From: Eledone cirrhosa
Lineage: Eukaryota
DNA length: 64,000 nucleotides
Direction of reading: 5' to 3'
Assembly (NCBI GenBank): GCA_964016885.1
Contig: CAXHJY010001648.1
Span: forward strand, 8,245-72,244
A program made the position numbers and the translations under genes. Position 1 is the stretch's first letter. Each line of letters starts with the position of its first letter. Positions 26,995-41,562 of this stretch are shown here, piece by piece. Under the pieces are notes generated by a model. That model was given only the letters and a program-made list of their open reading frames with translations. It had not been told where the DNA came from and ran no database searches.

Positions 26995-29900
26995 ACTATA
27001 ACAGCAACAACAACAACAATAAAAACAACAGTTTCAACAGCAGCAGCAAGAATAAATGCAACAACAGCAAAAGCAACAGCAACATCACTAGCAACATCAG
27101 CAGCAACAGCAACAACAGTAGCAACAACAAAACAACAGCAACAACAACAAGAGCAACATCAGCAGCAACAACAACAGTAACAACAACGATAAGAACAGAA
27201 ACAACAACAACAACAACAGTAAGAACAGCAGTGGCAGTAGCAACAAAGATGGCAACATCTACAGTAACAAAAACTATCACCACTACCACAACCACAACAA
27301 CAGTAATAACAGCAGCGACAGTAGCAACAAACATGGCAACAACTACAGTAACAACAACCACCACCACAACAACAACAACAACAACAGCAAGTACAGCAGC
27401 GGCAGTATCAACAAACATGGCAACATCTACAGTAACAACCACCACCACCACAACCACAACAACAGTAATAACAGCAGCGACAGTAGCAACAAACATGGCA
27501 ACAGCTACAGTAACAACAACCACCACCACCACAACAACAACAAAAGTAAGAACAGCAGCGACAGTAGCAACAAACATGGCAACATCTACAGTAACAACAA
27601 CAACCACCACCACAACAACAACAGTAAGAACAGCAGCGACAGTAGCAACAAACATAGCAACAACTACAGTAACAACAACCACCACCACAACAACAACAAC
27701 AACAACAGTAAGAACAGCAGCGACAGTAGCAACAAACATGGCAACATCTACAGTAACAACAACAACCACCACCACAACAACAACAGTAAGAACAGCAGCG
27801 ACAGTAGCAACAAACATGGCAACATCTACAGTAACAACAACCACCACAACAACAACAACAACAGTAAGAACAGCAGCGACAGTAGCAACAAACATGGCAA
27901 CAACTACAGTAACAACAACCACAACCACAACAACAACAACAACAACAGTAAGAACAGCAGCGACAGTAGCAACAAACATGGCAACATCTACAGTAACAGC
28001 AACAACCACCACCACAACAACAACAGTAAGTACAGCAGCGACAGTAGCAACAAACATGGCAACATCTACAGTAACAACAACCACCACCACAACAACAACA
28101 ACAACAGTAAGAACAGCAGCGACAGTAGCAACAAACATGGGAACAACTACAGTAACAACAACCACCACCACAACAACAACAACAACAGTTAGAACAGCAG
28201 CGACAGTAGCAACAAACATGGCAACAACAACCACCACTACCACCACAACAACAACAACAACAGTAAGAACAGCAGCGACAGTAGCAACAAACATGGCAAC
28301 AACTACAGTAACAACAACAACCACCACAACAACAACAACAGTAAGAACAGCAGCGACATTAGCAACAAACATGGGAACAACTACAGTAACAACAACCACC
28401 ACCACAACAACAACAACAACAGTTAGAACAGCAGCGACAGTAGCAACAAACATGGCAACAACTACAGTAACAACAACCACCACCACCACAACAACAACAA
28501 CAGTAAGAACAGCAGCGACAGTAGCAACAAACATGGCAACAACTACAGTAACAACAACAACCACCACAACAACCACAACAGTAAGAACAGCAGCGACAGT
28601 AGCAACAAACATGGCAACAACTACAGTAACAACAACCACCACCACCACAACAACAACAACAGTAAGAACAGCAGCGACATTAGCAACAAACATGGAAACA
28701 GCTACAGTAACAACAACAACCACCACCACCACAACAACAACAACAGTAAGAACAACAGCGACAGTAGCAACAAACATAGCAACATCTACAGTAACAACAA
28801 CCACCACCACAACAACAACAGTAAGAACAGCAGCGACAGTAGCAACAGACATGGCAACAACTACAGTAACAACCACCACCACCACCACAACAACAACAAC
28901 AGTAAGAACAGCAGCGACAGTAGCAACAAACATGACAACAACTACAGTAACATCAACCACCACCACAACAACAACAACAACAGTAAGAACAGCAGCGACA
29001 GTAGCAACAAACATGCCAACAACTACAGTAACAAAAACCACCACCACAACAACAACAACAGTAAGAACAGCAGCGACAGTAGCAACAAACATGACAACAA
29101 CTACAGTAACAACAACCACCACCACAACAACAACAACAGTAAGAACAGCAGCGACAGTAGCAACAAACATGGCAACAACTACAGTAACAACAACCACCAC
29201 CACCACAACAACAACAACAACAGTAAGAACAGCAGCGACAGTAGCAACATACATGGCAACAACTACAGTAACAACAACCACCACCACCACAACAACAACA
29301 GTAAGAACAGCAGCGACAGTAGCAAAAAACATGGCAACAACTACAGTAACAACAACCACCACCACAACAACAACAACAGTAAGAACAGCAGCGACAGTAG
29401 CAACAAACATGACAACAACTACAGTAACAACCACCACCACCACCACAACAACAACAACAGTAAGAACAGCAGCGACAGTAGCAACAAACATGGCAACAAC
29501 TACAGTAACAACACCCAGCACCACAACAACAACAACAACAACAGTAAGAACAGCAGCGACAGTAGCAACAAACATGGCAACATCTACAGTAACAACAACA
29601 ACCACCACCACAACAACAACAACAGTAAGAACAGCAGCGACAGTAGCAACAAAAAACATGGCAACATCTACAGTAAAAACAACAACAACAACAGTAAGAA
29701 CAGCAGCGACAGTAGCAACAAACATGGCAACAACTACAGTAACAACAACCACCACAACAACAACAACAACAGTAAGAACAGCAGCGACAGTAGCAACAAA
29801 CATGGCAACAACTACAGTAACAACAACAACTACCACCACAACAACAACAACAACATTAAGAACAGCAGCGACAGTAACAACAAACATGGCACCAGCTACA

Positions 29901-32900
29901 GTAACAACAACCACCACCACCACAACAACAGTAAGAACAGCAGCGACAGTAGCAACAAACATGGCAACAACTACAGTAACAACAACCACCACCACCACAA
30001 CAACAGTAAGAACAGCAGCGACAGTAGCAATAAACATGGCAACAACTACAGTAACAACAACCACCACCACCACAACAACAACAACAGTAAGAACAGCAGC
30101 GACAGTAGCAACAAACATGGCAACAACTACAGTAACAACAACCACCACCACAACAACAACAGTAAGAACAGCAGCGACAGTAGCAACAAACATGGCAACA
30201 ACTACAGTAACAACAACCACCACAACAACAACAACAACAGTAAGAACAGCAGCGACAGTAGCAACAAACATGGCAACAACTACAGTAACAACAACAACCA
30301 CCACCACCACCACAACAACAACAGTAAGAACAGCAGCGACAGTAGCAACAAACATGGCAACAGCTACAGTAACAACAACCACCACCACCACAACAACAGT
30401 AAGAACAGCAGCGACAGTAGCAAAAAACATGGCAACAACTACAGTAACAACAACCACCACCACAACAACAGTAAGAACAGCAGCGACAGTAGCAACAAAC
30501 ATGACAACAACTACAGTAACAACAACCACCACCACCACAACAACAACAACAATAAGAACAGCAGCGACAGTAGCAACAAACATGGCAACAACTACAGTAA
30601 CAACAACCACCACCACAACAACAACAGTAAGAACAGCAGCGACAGTAGCAACAAACATAGCAACAACTACAGTAACAACAACCACCACAACAACAATAAC
30701 AACAGTAACAACAGCAGCGACAGTAGCAACAAACATGGCAACAACTACAGTAACAACACCCACCACCACCACAACAACAACAGTAAGAACAGCAGTGACA
30801 GTAGCAACAAACATGGCAACAACTACAGTAACAACAACCACCACCACCACAACAACAACAACAGTAAGAACAGCAGCGACAATAGCAACAAACATGGCAA
30901 CAGCTACAGTAACAACAACCACCACCACCACAACAACAGTAAGAACAGCAGCGACAGTAGCAAAAAACATGGCAACAACTACAGTAACAACAACCACCAC
31001 GACCACAACAACAGTAAGAACAGCAGCGACAGTAGCAACAAACATGGCAACAACTACAGTAACACCAACCACCACCACCACAACAACAACAACAGTAAGA
31101 ACAGCAGCGACAGTAGCAACAAACATGGCAACAACTACAGTAACAACAACCATCACCACAACAACAACAGTAAGAACAGCAGCGACAGTAGCAACAAACA
31201 TAGCAACAACTACAGTAACCACAGCCACCACAACAACAATAACAACAGTAACAACAGCAGCGACAGTAGCAACGAACATGGCAACATCTACAGTAACAAC
31301 AACCACCACCAACACAACAACAACAACAACAGTAAGATAGGCAGCGACAGTAGCAACAAACATGACAACATCTACAGTAACAACCACCACCTCCTCAACA
31401 ACAACAACAACAGAAAGAACAGCAGCGACAGTAGCAACAAACATGGCAACATCTACAGTAACAACAACCACAACCACAACAACAACAACAACAGTAAGAA
31501 CAGCAGCGACAGTAGCAACAAACATGGCAACAACTACAGTAACAACAACCACCACCAAAACAACAACAGTAAGAACAGCAGCGACAGTAGCAACAAACAG
31601 GGCAACAACTACAGTAACAACAACCACCACCACAACAACAACAGTAAGAACAGCAGCGACAGTAGCAACAAACATGGCAACAACTACAGTAACAACACCC
31701 ACCACCACCACAACAACAACAGTAAGAACAGCAGTGACGGTAGCAACAAACATGGCAACAACTACAGTAACAACAACCACCACCACCACAACAACAACAA
31801 CAGTAATAACAGCAGCGACAGTAGCAACAAACATGGCAACAACTACAGTAACAACCACCACCACAACAACAACAACAACAGTAAGAACAGCAGCGACAAT
31901 AGCAACAAACATGGCAACAACTACAGTAACAACAACCACCACCACCACAACAACAACAACAACAGTAAGAACAGCAGCGACAGTAGCAACAGACATGGCA
32001 ACACCTACAGTAACAACCACCACAACAACAACAACAGTAAGAACAGCAGCGACAGTAGCAACAAACATGGCAACAACTACAGTAACAACCACCACAACAA
32101 CAACAACAGTAAGAACAGCAGCGACAGTAGCAACAAACATGGAAACAACTACAGTAACAACAACCACCACCACCACAACAACAACAACAGTAAGAACAGC
32201 AGCGACAGTAGCAACAAACATGGCAACAACTACAGTAACAACAACCACCACAACAACAACAACAACAACAGTAAGAACAGCAGCGACATTAGCAACAAAC
32301 ATGGGAACAACTACAGTAACAACAACCACCACCACCACAACAACAACAGTAAGAACAGCAGCGAGAGTAGCAACAAACATGGCAACAACTACAGTAACAA
32401 CAACCACCACCACCACAACAACAACAACAGTAAGAACAGCAGCGACAGTAGCAACAAACATGGCAACAACTACAGTAACAACAACCACCACAACAACAAC
32501 AAAAACAACAGTAAGAACAGCAGCGACAGTAGCAACAAACATGGCAACATCTACAGTAACAACAACAACCCCCACCACAACAACAACAGTAAGAACAGCA
32601 GCGACAGTAGCAACAAACATGGCAACAACTACAGTAACAACAACCACCACAACAACAACAACAGTAAGAACAGCAGCGACAGTAGCAACAAATATGGCAA
32701 CAACTACAGTAACAACAACCACCACCACAACAACAACAACAACAGTAAGAACAGCAGCGACAGTAGCAACAAACATGGCAACATCTACAGTAACAACCAC
32801 CACCACAACAACAACAACAGTAAGAACAGCAGCGACAGTAGCAACAAACATGGCAACAACTACAGTAACAACAACCACCATAACAACAACAACAACATCA

Positions 32901-34935
32901 ACAGTAAGAACAGCAGCAACAGTAGCAACAAACATGGCAACATCTACAGTAACAACAACCACCACCACAACAACAACAACAGTAAGAACAGCAGCGACAG
33001 TAGCAACAAACATAGCAACAACTACAGTAACAACAACCACCAACACAACAACAACAACAGTAAGAACAGCAGCGACATTAGCCACAAACATGGCAACAAC
33101 TACAGTAACAACAACCACCACCACAACAACAACAACAGTAAGAACAGCAGCGACAGTAGCAACAAACATAGCAACAACTACAGTAACAACAACCACCACC
33201 ACCACAACAACAACAGTAAGAACAGCAGCGACATTAGCCACAAACATGGCAACAACTACAGTAACAACAACCACCACCGCAACAACAACAACAGTAAGAA
33301 CAGCAGCGACAGTAGCAACAAACATGACAACTACAGTAACAACAACCACCACAACAACAACAACAACGGTAAGAACAGCAGCGACAGTAGCAACAAACAT
33401 AGCAACAACTACAGTAACAACAACCACCACCACCACAACAACAACAGTAAGAACAGCAGCGACAGTAGCAACAAACATGGCAACAACTACAGTAACAACA
33501 ACCACCACAACAACAACTACAACAGTAAGAACAGCAGCGACAGTAGCAACAGACATAGCAACATCTACAGTAACAACAACCACCACCACCACAACAACAA
33601 CAACAACAGTAATAACAGCAGCGACAGTAGCAACAAACATGGCAACAACTACAATAACAACAACAAAACCACCACCACAACAACAACAACAGTAAGAACA
33701 GCAGCGACAGTAGCAACAAACATGGCAACAACTACAGTAACAACAACCACCACCACTACAACAACAACAACAGTAAGAACAGCAGCGACAGTAGCAACAA
33801 ATATGGCAACAACTACAGTAACAACAACCACCACCACTACAACAACAACAACAGTAAGAACAGCAGCGACAGTAGCAACAAATATGGCAACAACTACAGT
33901 AACAACAACCACCACCACAACAACAACAACAACAGTAAGAACAGCAGCGACAGTAGCAACAAATATGGCAACAACTACAGTAACAACAACCACCACCACT
34001 ACAACAACAACAACAGTAAGAACAGCAGCGACAGTAGCAACAAACATGGCAACATCTACAGTAACAACAACCACCACCACTACAACAACAACAACAGTAA
34101 GAACAGCAGCGACAGTAGCAACAAACATGGCAACATCTACAGTAACAACAACCACCACCACAACAACAACTACAACAGTAAGAACAGCAGCGACAGTAGC
34201 AACAAACATAGCAACATCTACAGTAACAACAACCACCACCACAACAACAACAACAACAACAGTAAGAACAGCAGCGACAGTAGCAACAAACATGGCAACA
34301 ACTACAGTAACAACAACCACCACCACAACAACAACAGTAACAACAGCAGCGACAGTAGCAACAAACATGGCAACAACTACAGTAACAACAACCACCACCA
34401 CCACCACAACAACAACAACATTAAGAACAGCAGCGACAGTAGCAACAAACATAGCAACATCTACAGTAACAACAACCACCACCACCACAACAACGACAAC
34501 AGTAAGAACAGCAACGACACTAGCAACAAACATGGCAACATCTACAGTAACAACAACCACCACCACTACAACAACAACAACAACAGTAAGAACAGCAGCG
34601 ACAGTAGCAACAAACATGGCAACAACTACAGTAACAACAACCACCACCACAACAACAACAGTAACAACAGCAGCGACAGTAGCAACAAACATGGCAACAA
34701 CTACAGTAACAACAACCACCACCACCACCACAACAACAACAACAACAACATTAAGAACAGCAGCGACAGTAGCAACAAACATAGCAACATCTACAGTAAC
34801 AACAACCACCACCACCACAACAACGACAACAGTAAGAACAGCAACGACACTAGCAACAAACATGGCAACATCTACAGTAACAACAACCACCACCACTACA
34901 ACAACAACATCACCAACGATGACAGTAACAATCAT
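26995..34935. repeat. ~8 kb minisatellite, ~60-75 bp unit acagtaagaacagcagcgacagtagcaacaaacatggcaacaactacagta(ACA/ACC)n
   Basis: More than 100 tandem units; gives Thr-rich (+) and Val-rich (-) ORFs, with a stop at 31338-31340 and a frameshift near 33665. Confidence 0.97.
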
Positions 34936-35259
34936 CTGTTCAGATTATTTCCCATTTCCAAGGAAGTATGCAATAATATATGTAGTTCTTGTGGCCGCCA
35001 TATTTATTATTAATTCATCTCTTCAACATTATTTTGACCGCCATTGAATTCCATTGTTTTTTTCTCTCTCGCATCATTTTACAAACTGTTCAATCGTATT
35101 TACTAATTCCTACTGATTGCTTTCACGTCATCTTGATGTCTTCTTCCCCCAGGGATCGAACTAACAAATGTGTTTCATTATTGCTGTTGTTGTTGTTTCA
35201 CAGATCTTACAGCGAGGCTTGTAATGACTGTCTTGTATGTCTTCTCTGTGTGCGTGACT

Positions 35260-37310
35260 ATAGATGTGTGTGTGTCTGTGTTTGTGTGTGTCTGTGACTG
35301 TATGTGACTGTGTGTGTCTGTGTACGTGGGTATTTGTGTCTGTGTGTCTGTGTGTGGTTGTGTCTGTGTGTCTGTGTTTGTGTGTTGACTGTCACTGTAT
35401 GTGACTGTGTGTATCTGTGTACGTGGCTGTTTGTGTCTGAGTGTGACTGTGTGTGGTTGCGTCTGTGTGTCTGTGGTTGTGTTTGTGTATATGTGTCTGT
35501 GTGTGTATGTGACTGTATGTGAATGTGTGTGGCTGTGACTATGTATGGCTGTGTATGTGTGTGACTGTGTGTGGATGTGTATGTGTGTGTCTGTGTGTGA
35601 CTGTGTGTGGCAGTGTGTGACTGTGTGTGGATGTGTCTGTGTGCGTCTGTGTGTGACTATGTGTGACTGTGTCTGTGTGTGACTGTGTGTGGCTGTGTGT
35701 GGCTGTGACTGTTTATGACTGTGTATGGCTGTGAATGTGTGAATCTGTGTGACTGTGTGTGACTGTGTGTGGCAGTGTGTGTCTGTGTGTGGATGTGTCT
35801 GTGTGTGACTATGTGTGACTGTGTCTGTGTGTGACTGTGTGTGGCTGTGTGTGGCTGTGACTGTGTATGACTGTGTATGGATGTGACTGTGTGAATGTGT
35901 GTGACTGTGTATGTATGTGACTGTATGTGGCTGTGTCTTTGTGTGACTGTGTGTAGATGTGACTGTGCGTGACAGTGTGTGGCTGTGTGTGACTGGGTGT
36001 GGCTGTGTCTGTGTGTGGTTGTGTGTGACTGTCTGTGTGTGACTGTGTGTTGCTGTGTCTGTTTGTGGCTGTGTGTGACTATGTGTGTGATTGTGTGTGG
36101 CTGTGTGTGGCTGTGACTGTGTGTGACTGTGTCTATGTGTGGCTGTGTGTGACTGTGTATGTGTGTCACTGTGTGTGATTGTGTTTGACTGTGCCTGTGT
36201 GTGACTGTGTGTGGCTGTGACTGTGTGTGACTGTGTGTGAATGTGTCTGTGAGTGACTGTGTGTCACTGTGTGTGATTGTGTGTGACGGTGTGTGGCTAT
36301 GTCTGTGTGTGACTGTGTGTGGCTGTGACTGTGTGTGAATGTGTGTGATTATGTATGGCTGTGTCTGTGTGTGACTGTGTGTGATTATGTATGGCTGTGA
36401 CTGTGTGTGATTGTGTGTGACTGCGTATGTGTGTGACTGTGTGTGGCTGTATATGTGTGGGGCTGTGTGTGACCGTGTGTGGCTGTGACTGTGTATGTAT
36501 GTGTGTGGCTGTGACTGTGCGTCAATGTGTGTCACTGTGTGTGGCTGTGACTGTATGTGACTGTGTGTCACTGTATGTCACTATGTCTGTGTGTGACTGT
36601 GTGTGGCTGTGACTGTGTGTGACTGTGTGTGACTGTGTGGGACTGCGTGTGGCGGTGACTGTGTGTGACTATGTGTTACTCTGTGTGGCGGTGACTGTGT
36701 GTGACTGTGTGTTACTCTGTGTGGCTGTGTCTGTGTGTGATTGTGTGTGACTGTGTTTGTGTGTGTATGTGACTGTGTTTGTGTGTGTACGTGGGTGTAT
36801 GTGACTGTGTGTGTCTATGCATGTGGGTGTTTGTGAGTGGGTGTGTCTGTGTATGTGGGTGTTTGTGAGTGTGTGTGTGTGTGTACGTGGGTGTATGTGA
36901 CTGTGCTTGTGTGTGTACGTGGGTTTATGTGACTGTGTGTGTCTATGTATGTGGGTGTATGTGACTGTGTGTGTCTATGCATGTGGGTGTTTGTGAGTGT
37001 GTGTGTCTGTGTAGGTGGGTGTTTGTGAGTGTGTGTGTCTGTGTACGTGGGTGTTTGTGAGTATGTGTGACTGTGTTAATGTGTGTGCATTTGTGTTTGT
37101 TTGTGAGCCTGTGTGTATTTGTGTTTGCGCGTGTGTTTTTATGCGTGTTTGAGGCCGAGAGAGTGCTAGAGGAAGAGAGAGGGTGAGAGAGAGAAAGAGA
37201 GATAGAAAGAGGAGTTGAGAGAGTTCGAGAGAAAGAGAAAGAAAGTGTGAGAGATAGAGAGAAGGCGAGAGAGAGGGTGCGATGAAGAGAGGAGAGGAGA
37301 AGAGAGAGAG
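35260..37310. repeat. Degenerate (TG)-rich satellite (tgtgac/tgtggc) followed by a GA-rich tract
   Basis: Direct reading. Confidence 0.95.
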
Positions 37311-37561
37311 TAATGAGGTTTTCGTTGTCTTTCATGTGTAACACTCAAAATGGCCGAATGTTGTTTCAGTTTTGCCTTATTGCATCTCACTATCTTATGG
37401 ATTAAATTATATATGCATGTGTGTATACATCAATGTATAGATCTATCTATATATATTTATATAAAAATGGTGGTATGTTGTTACAGTTTAGGCTTGTTGC
37501 ATCTCTCTATCTTATAGACTGAATTATATATACATGTGAGTGTATACATCTATATATCCAT

Positions 37562-37829
37562 CTTGAGCAAGACACTTTATTTCACGTTGCTCCTTCTACC
37601 TGGAGTTGCGACCAATAGATAGTATTAGCAATTGGAAAGACCAACGGAAACATTGTTCCCTCGGTCCGATTTGACGAAAGTCGATCGTTCCTATATATAT
37701 ATATATATATATATAGGATCGATCGACTTTCGTCAAATCGGACCGAGGGAACAATGTTTCCGTTGGTCTTTCCAATTGCTAATACTATATATTGGTCGCA
37801 ACTCCAGGTAGAAGGAGCAACGTGAAATA
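37562..37829. mobile_element. Two SINE 3' halves tail-to-tail around a (TA)n tract
   Basis: Both arms match the SINE at 45160-45391 (cttgagcaagacactttatttcacgttgctcc...gtcgatcgatcc). Confidence 0.85.
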
Positions 37830-38410
37830 ATATATATATAAAGTTGTAATTCCTGTTTGTTTGTTTGTTCACGAACTCCTCCTATGGTTTTGGTGATAGA
37901 CACCCCCCCCCCCCCCATAAGCATATATAATCTGAAACTACATTGCCCAGTGTACTTGGATAAGTATATTTCATTTTAATCACAGGGTTCCTCAGGGGCA
38001 CAAACCCCCGCTGAAAATGTTTTCCCTTCGGTTTATATGAAATTTAAACCATAGGTAAATGACAAGATATGATGCCTATTCACAAAATTTCAGGAAATTT
38101 CAATAATATTAAGACATCCTAATGGGGTTTAAACCCCCTAGTGTGAAAATTTTGGAAGCCCATAACTTGAGTATTAGAACCTCTATTATCACGGGATTTT
38201 TCTATTAATTAAACGTAAATGAACCAAAAAAGCACCTCTCTTTTATAGTAAAATTTGACTAATTAACAAAAACGATTAGTTAATGCCTCTACTTTTTTAA
38301 CATTTTCCCTTTATTTTTTCTCCATAAATTATATCACTGTTTTAAAAGCAATCATCATTTTCTTACAAAAAAATGTGTGAAACGCAGCAGGGCGCGGGTA
38401 ATTCGTCTAG
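37830..38410 (+). mobile_element. Non-autonomous Helitron-like element
   Basis: 5' tatatataaagttgtaa..tgtttgtttgttc; 3' GC-rich hairpin remnant cgcagcagggcgcgggt followed by CTAG|t. Confidence 0.65.
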
Positions 38411-38834
38411 TATTATATATATACATTTATATAAAATGGTTGCGTGTTGTTATATTATGGATTAAATTATATATACATGTGTGTGTATACATCTATGTAT
38501 TTAACTATCTATATATATATATTATATGTATACATTTATATAAAATGGCCGTATGTTGTTATAGTTTTGGCTCGTTGCATATCACTATCTTATGGAATAA
38601 ATTATATATACATGTGTGTGTATACATCTATATATCCATCTATCTATATACATTATTAGAAAGTGAACAACACAAATTAAATAGCTCTCTTCTATGCATA
38701 GAGCAATCTTTCTTCCTTTGCTTTTTATTCGGAATTACCTAACATCTATATATGCATTATATATATATACATTTATATAAAATGGACTTATACATACATG
38801 TGTGTGTACATCTATGTATCCATGTATCTATATA

Positions 38835-38865
<31 letters not shown>

Positions 38866-38876
38866 CATATAGATAT

Positions 38877-38930
<54 letters not shown>

Positions 38931-39907
38931 TTATATGAAATGACCGTATGTATACATGTGTGTGTATACATTTATGTATCTATCTATCTATATATATATT
39001 ATATATATATACATTTATATAAAATGGACATGTGTTGTAGTTTTGCCTTGTTGCATCTCTCTATCTTACGGATTAAATTTCCTATTTCTGTTTGCATTAT
39101 CCTGTTAGCTTTTACAATGCAAACAGCGTGTATCAGTATTTGCTTTTATCGAATGTATCTCCGCGTAATATGTTGTATGAAGCGATATAATATTTGATAG
39201 TCTATTTGGATCTAAAATGTTCCCTCAATTGCGAAGCCATTTTCTTATCTGCAGAATTTCTATGTATGTATAATCATGTTCTCAATAATTGTGTATATAA
39301 TACTGAATATACAGAACAAAGTCGTAACCATAGGGTACTTCTAAATATCACCCTTCCATTTGCTAACTGATACCTCTTTTTTACAGCTTTTCTTTTTCAA
39401 TTGATGCTCTGTAATGCCAACTGATGGCCCTTCCGTTTCAATAGAACTCCTTTCAATGGCGACTTGCTTTGCAATTTTCATGCTTGATATCTCACTTCAT
39501 ATTGGATATTCAAAATAACCTTATCACGAACAGAGCTTAGATAAAATGGCGTTTATGTTGCTATTGCTGTTATTACTGTTATTACTAAGCAGTTGCTCTT
39601 GTTGCTTTTGTTGCTGTTGTTTTCTTAGTGTATCATTAATGTATTTTCATCCATGTTGAATTTCTTCTTCTTCTTCTGTAACTGTTTGTTATATGTTAAT
39701 AATGTTCGTTTAATGGCTTATTATTTATTTTGGGGGTTTTGTTTTGTATTGTTTTATTCTTGTAACATGTTATTTGACATTGGTTATGTACTTCTATGAT
39801 GCCAATGCTGCTCCACCTGGCGGCAGTTTGTTATACTCTCATTCCAAGCTTCTATTATATATTAAGTGCATGGAAGACGTTTAAAACGAATGGGGAATGA
39901 TGTCTAT

Positions 39908-40293
39908 TTACTTTCTCAAAACGGATATGTCCATTGATCTTAATTGGACAGCGGGGCTTTCAACATGGCATTTAAGTTCATTAAGAATTTCAGCTTTTTT
40001 CCAAACATCACTTCTAATTCTCCTAACAGCGTAAGAGAAACAGCTATAAATATCTACTTCTTTTCCTTCATCGTCATCATCATTATCATCATCGTTGTCA
40101 TCGCCATCGTCGTTTTCATCGTCATCCTCGCCATCGTCATCATCATCATCATCGTTGTCATCTTCATCATAGCTATCTCCGTCATCGTCGTTTTCATCGT
40201 CATCATCGCCATCATCGTCATCGTCGTCATCATCGTCATCATCATCATCGTCATCATCATCATCATCGTCATCGTCATCGTGGTCATCTTCAC
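39908..40293 (-). CDS. Candidate Asp-rich coding exon (GEDDHDDD...DEGKEVDIYSCFSYAVRRIRSDVWKKAEILNELKCHVESPAVQLRSMDISVLRK)
   Basis: Acceptor ttttattctaAG at 40294-40295; the frame stays open through the GAT/GAC tract and ~55 unique codons. Confidence 0.35.
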
Positions 40294-40327
40294 CTTAGAA
40301 TAAAACAGTTCTAGTCCTGCAGCAGCC

Positions 40328-40400
<73 letters not shown>

Positions 40401-40404
<4 letters not shown>

Positions 40405-40811
40405 GATAGGGGGGAAGAAAAAATGGCTTCACTTGTGCTTTCAACAAATTTATTTTCTTCACAAAATCCAAAAAGAATTTTTCTTAAAAAAAATTATTTT
40501 ATAAATTAAGTTGTTGGTTGTTGGTTAGGTCTTAGGAGTTCTTGGTTAACGTAGGAGGTATTGTTTCGTTTTTGACAAGCGCACCTCAGCGTGAAAGGTC
40601 TTTCTAAAAACGAAACAATACCTCCTACGTTAACCAAGAACTCCTAAGACCTAACCAACAACCAACAACTTAATTTATAAAATAATTTTTTTTAAGAAAA
40701 ATTCTTTTTGGATTTTGTGAAGAAAATAAATTTGTTGAAAGCACAAGTGAAGCCATTTTTTCTTCCCCCCTGTCTTAATATACCTAACTGTACCAAGGAT
40801 TACACACATTT

Positions 40812-40815
<4 letters not shown>
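40401..40815. mobile_element. Fold-back insert with ~175 bp arms (40401-40574 / 40606-40778) in (TA)n
   Basis: Near-perfect inverted repeat; turns just upstream of cGAAAC; no complete HHR seen. Confidence 0.85.
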
Positions 40816-40858
<43 letters not shown>

Positions 40859-40890
40859 TATATATATATATTAATATATATATATATATA

Positions 40891-40925
<35 letters not shown>

Positions 40926-40981
40926 CAAAGGAATTGTGGTAAGGAACCAGATGGACCGTAACGCCCTAGAGTACTCAATAC

Positions 40982-41562
40982 TTACTATAGATTTACGTGT
41001 CTTTACGGTTTGAGTTCAAATCTCGCCGAGGTTAACTTTACCTTTCATCCTTACGGGTCGATAATATAAAGTACCAGTAAGTCCCTGGTGTAATTGCTGG
41101 TATTATGCCAAAAGTAGAAACCATTACTATAGATTTACGTCTCTTTACGGTTTGAGTTCAAATCTCGCCGAGGTTAACTTTACCTTTCATCCTTACGGGG
41201 TCGATAATATAAAGTACCAGTAATACCCTGGGGTAATTGCTGGCCTTATGCCAAAAGTAGAAACCATTACTATAGATTTACGTCTCTTTACAGTTTGAGT
41301 TCAAATCCTGCCCAGGTTAATTTTGCCTTTCATCCTTACGGGGTCGATAATATAAAGTACCAGTAATACCCTGGGGTAATTGCTGGCCTTATGCCAAAAG
41401 TAGAAACCATTACTATAGATTTACGTCTCTTTACAGTTTGAGTTCAAATCCTGCCCAGGTTAATTTTGCCTTTCATCCTTACGGGGTCGATAATATAAAG
41501 TGCCAGTAATGTACTGGGATAATTGCTGGCCTTGTGCCAAAAGTAAAAACCATTATTATTAT
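40982..41562 (+). repeat. Four tandem ~143 bp SINE-derived units
   Basis: Units start at 40982, 41124, 41267 and 41410; B-box gagttcaaatc, SINE core, ends in (TTA)n. Confidence 0.9.

Noticed and set aside
26996-33640. 2214 aa Val-rich minus-strand ORF
   Set aside because: Antisense reading of the (ACA)n-based minisatellite; implausible poly-Val composition.
27200-34900. Constant unit plus variable segment resembling a CRISPR array
   Set aside because: The variable parts are only ACA/ACC triplet length variants, not unique spacers.
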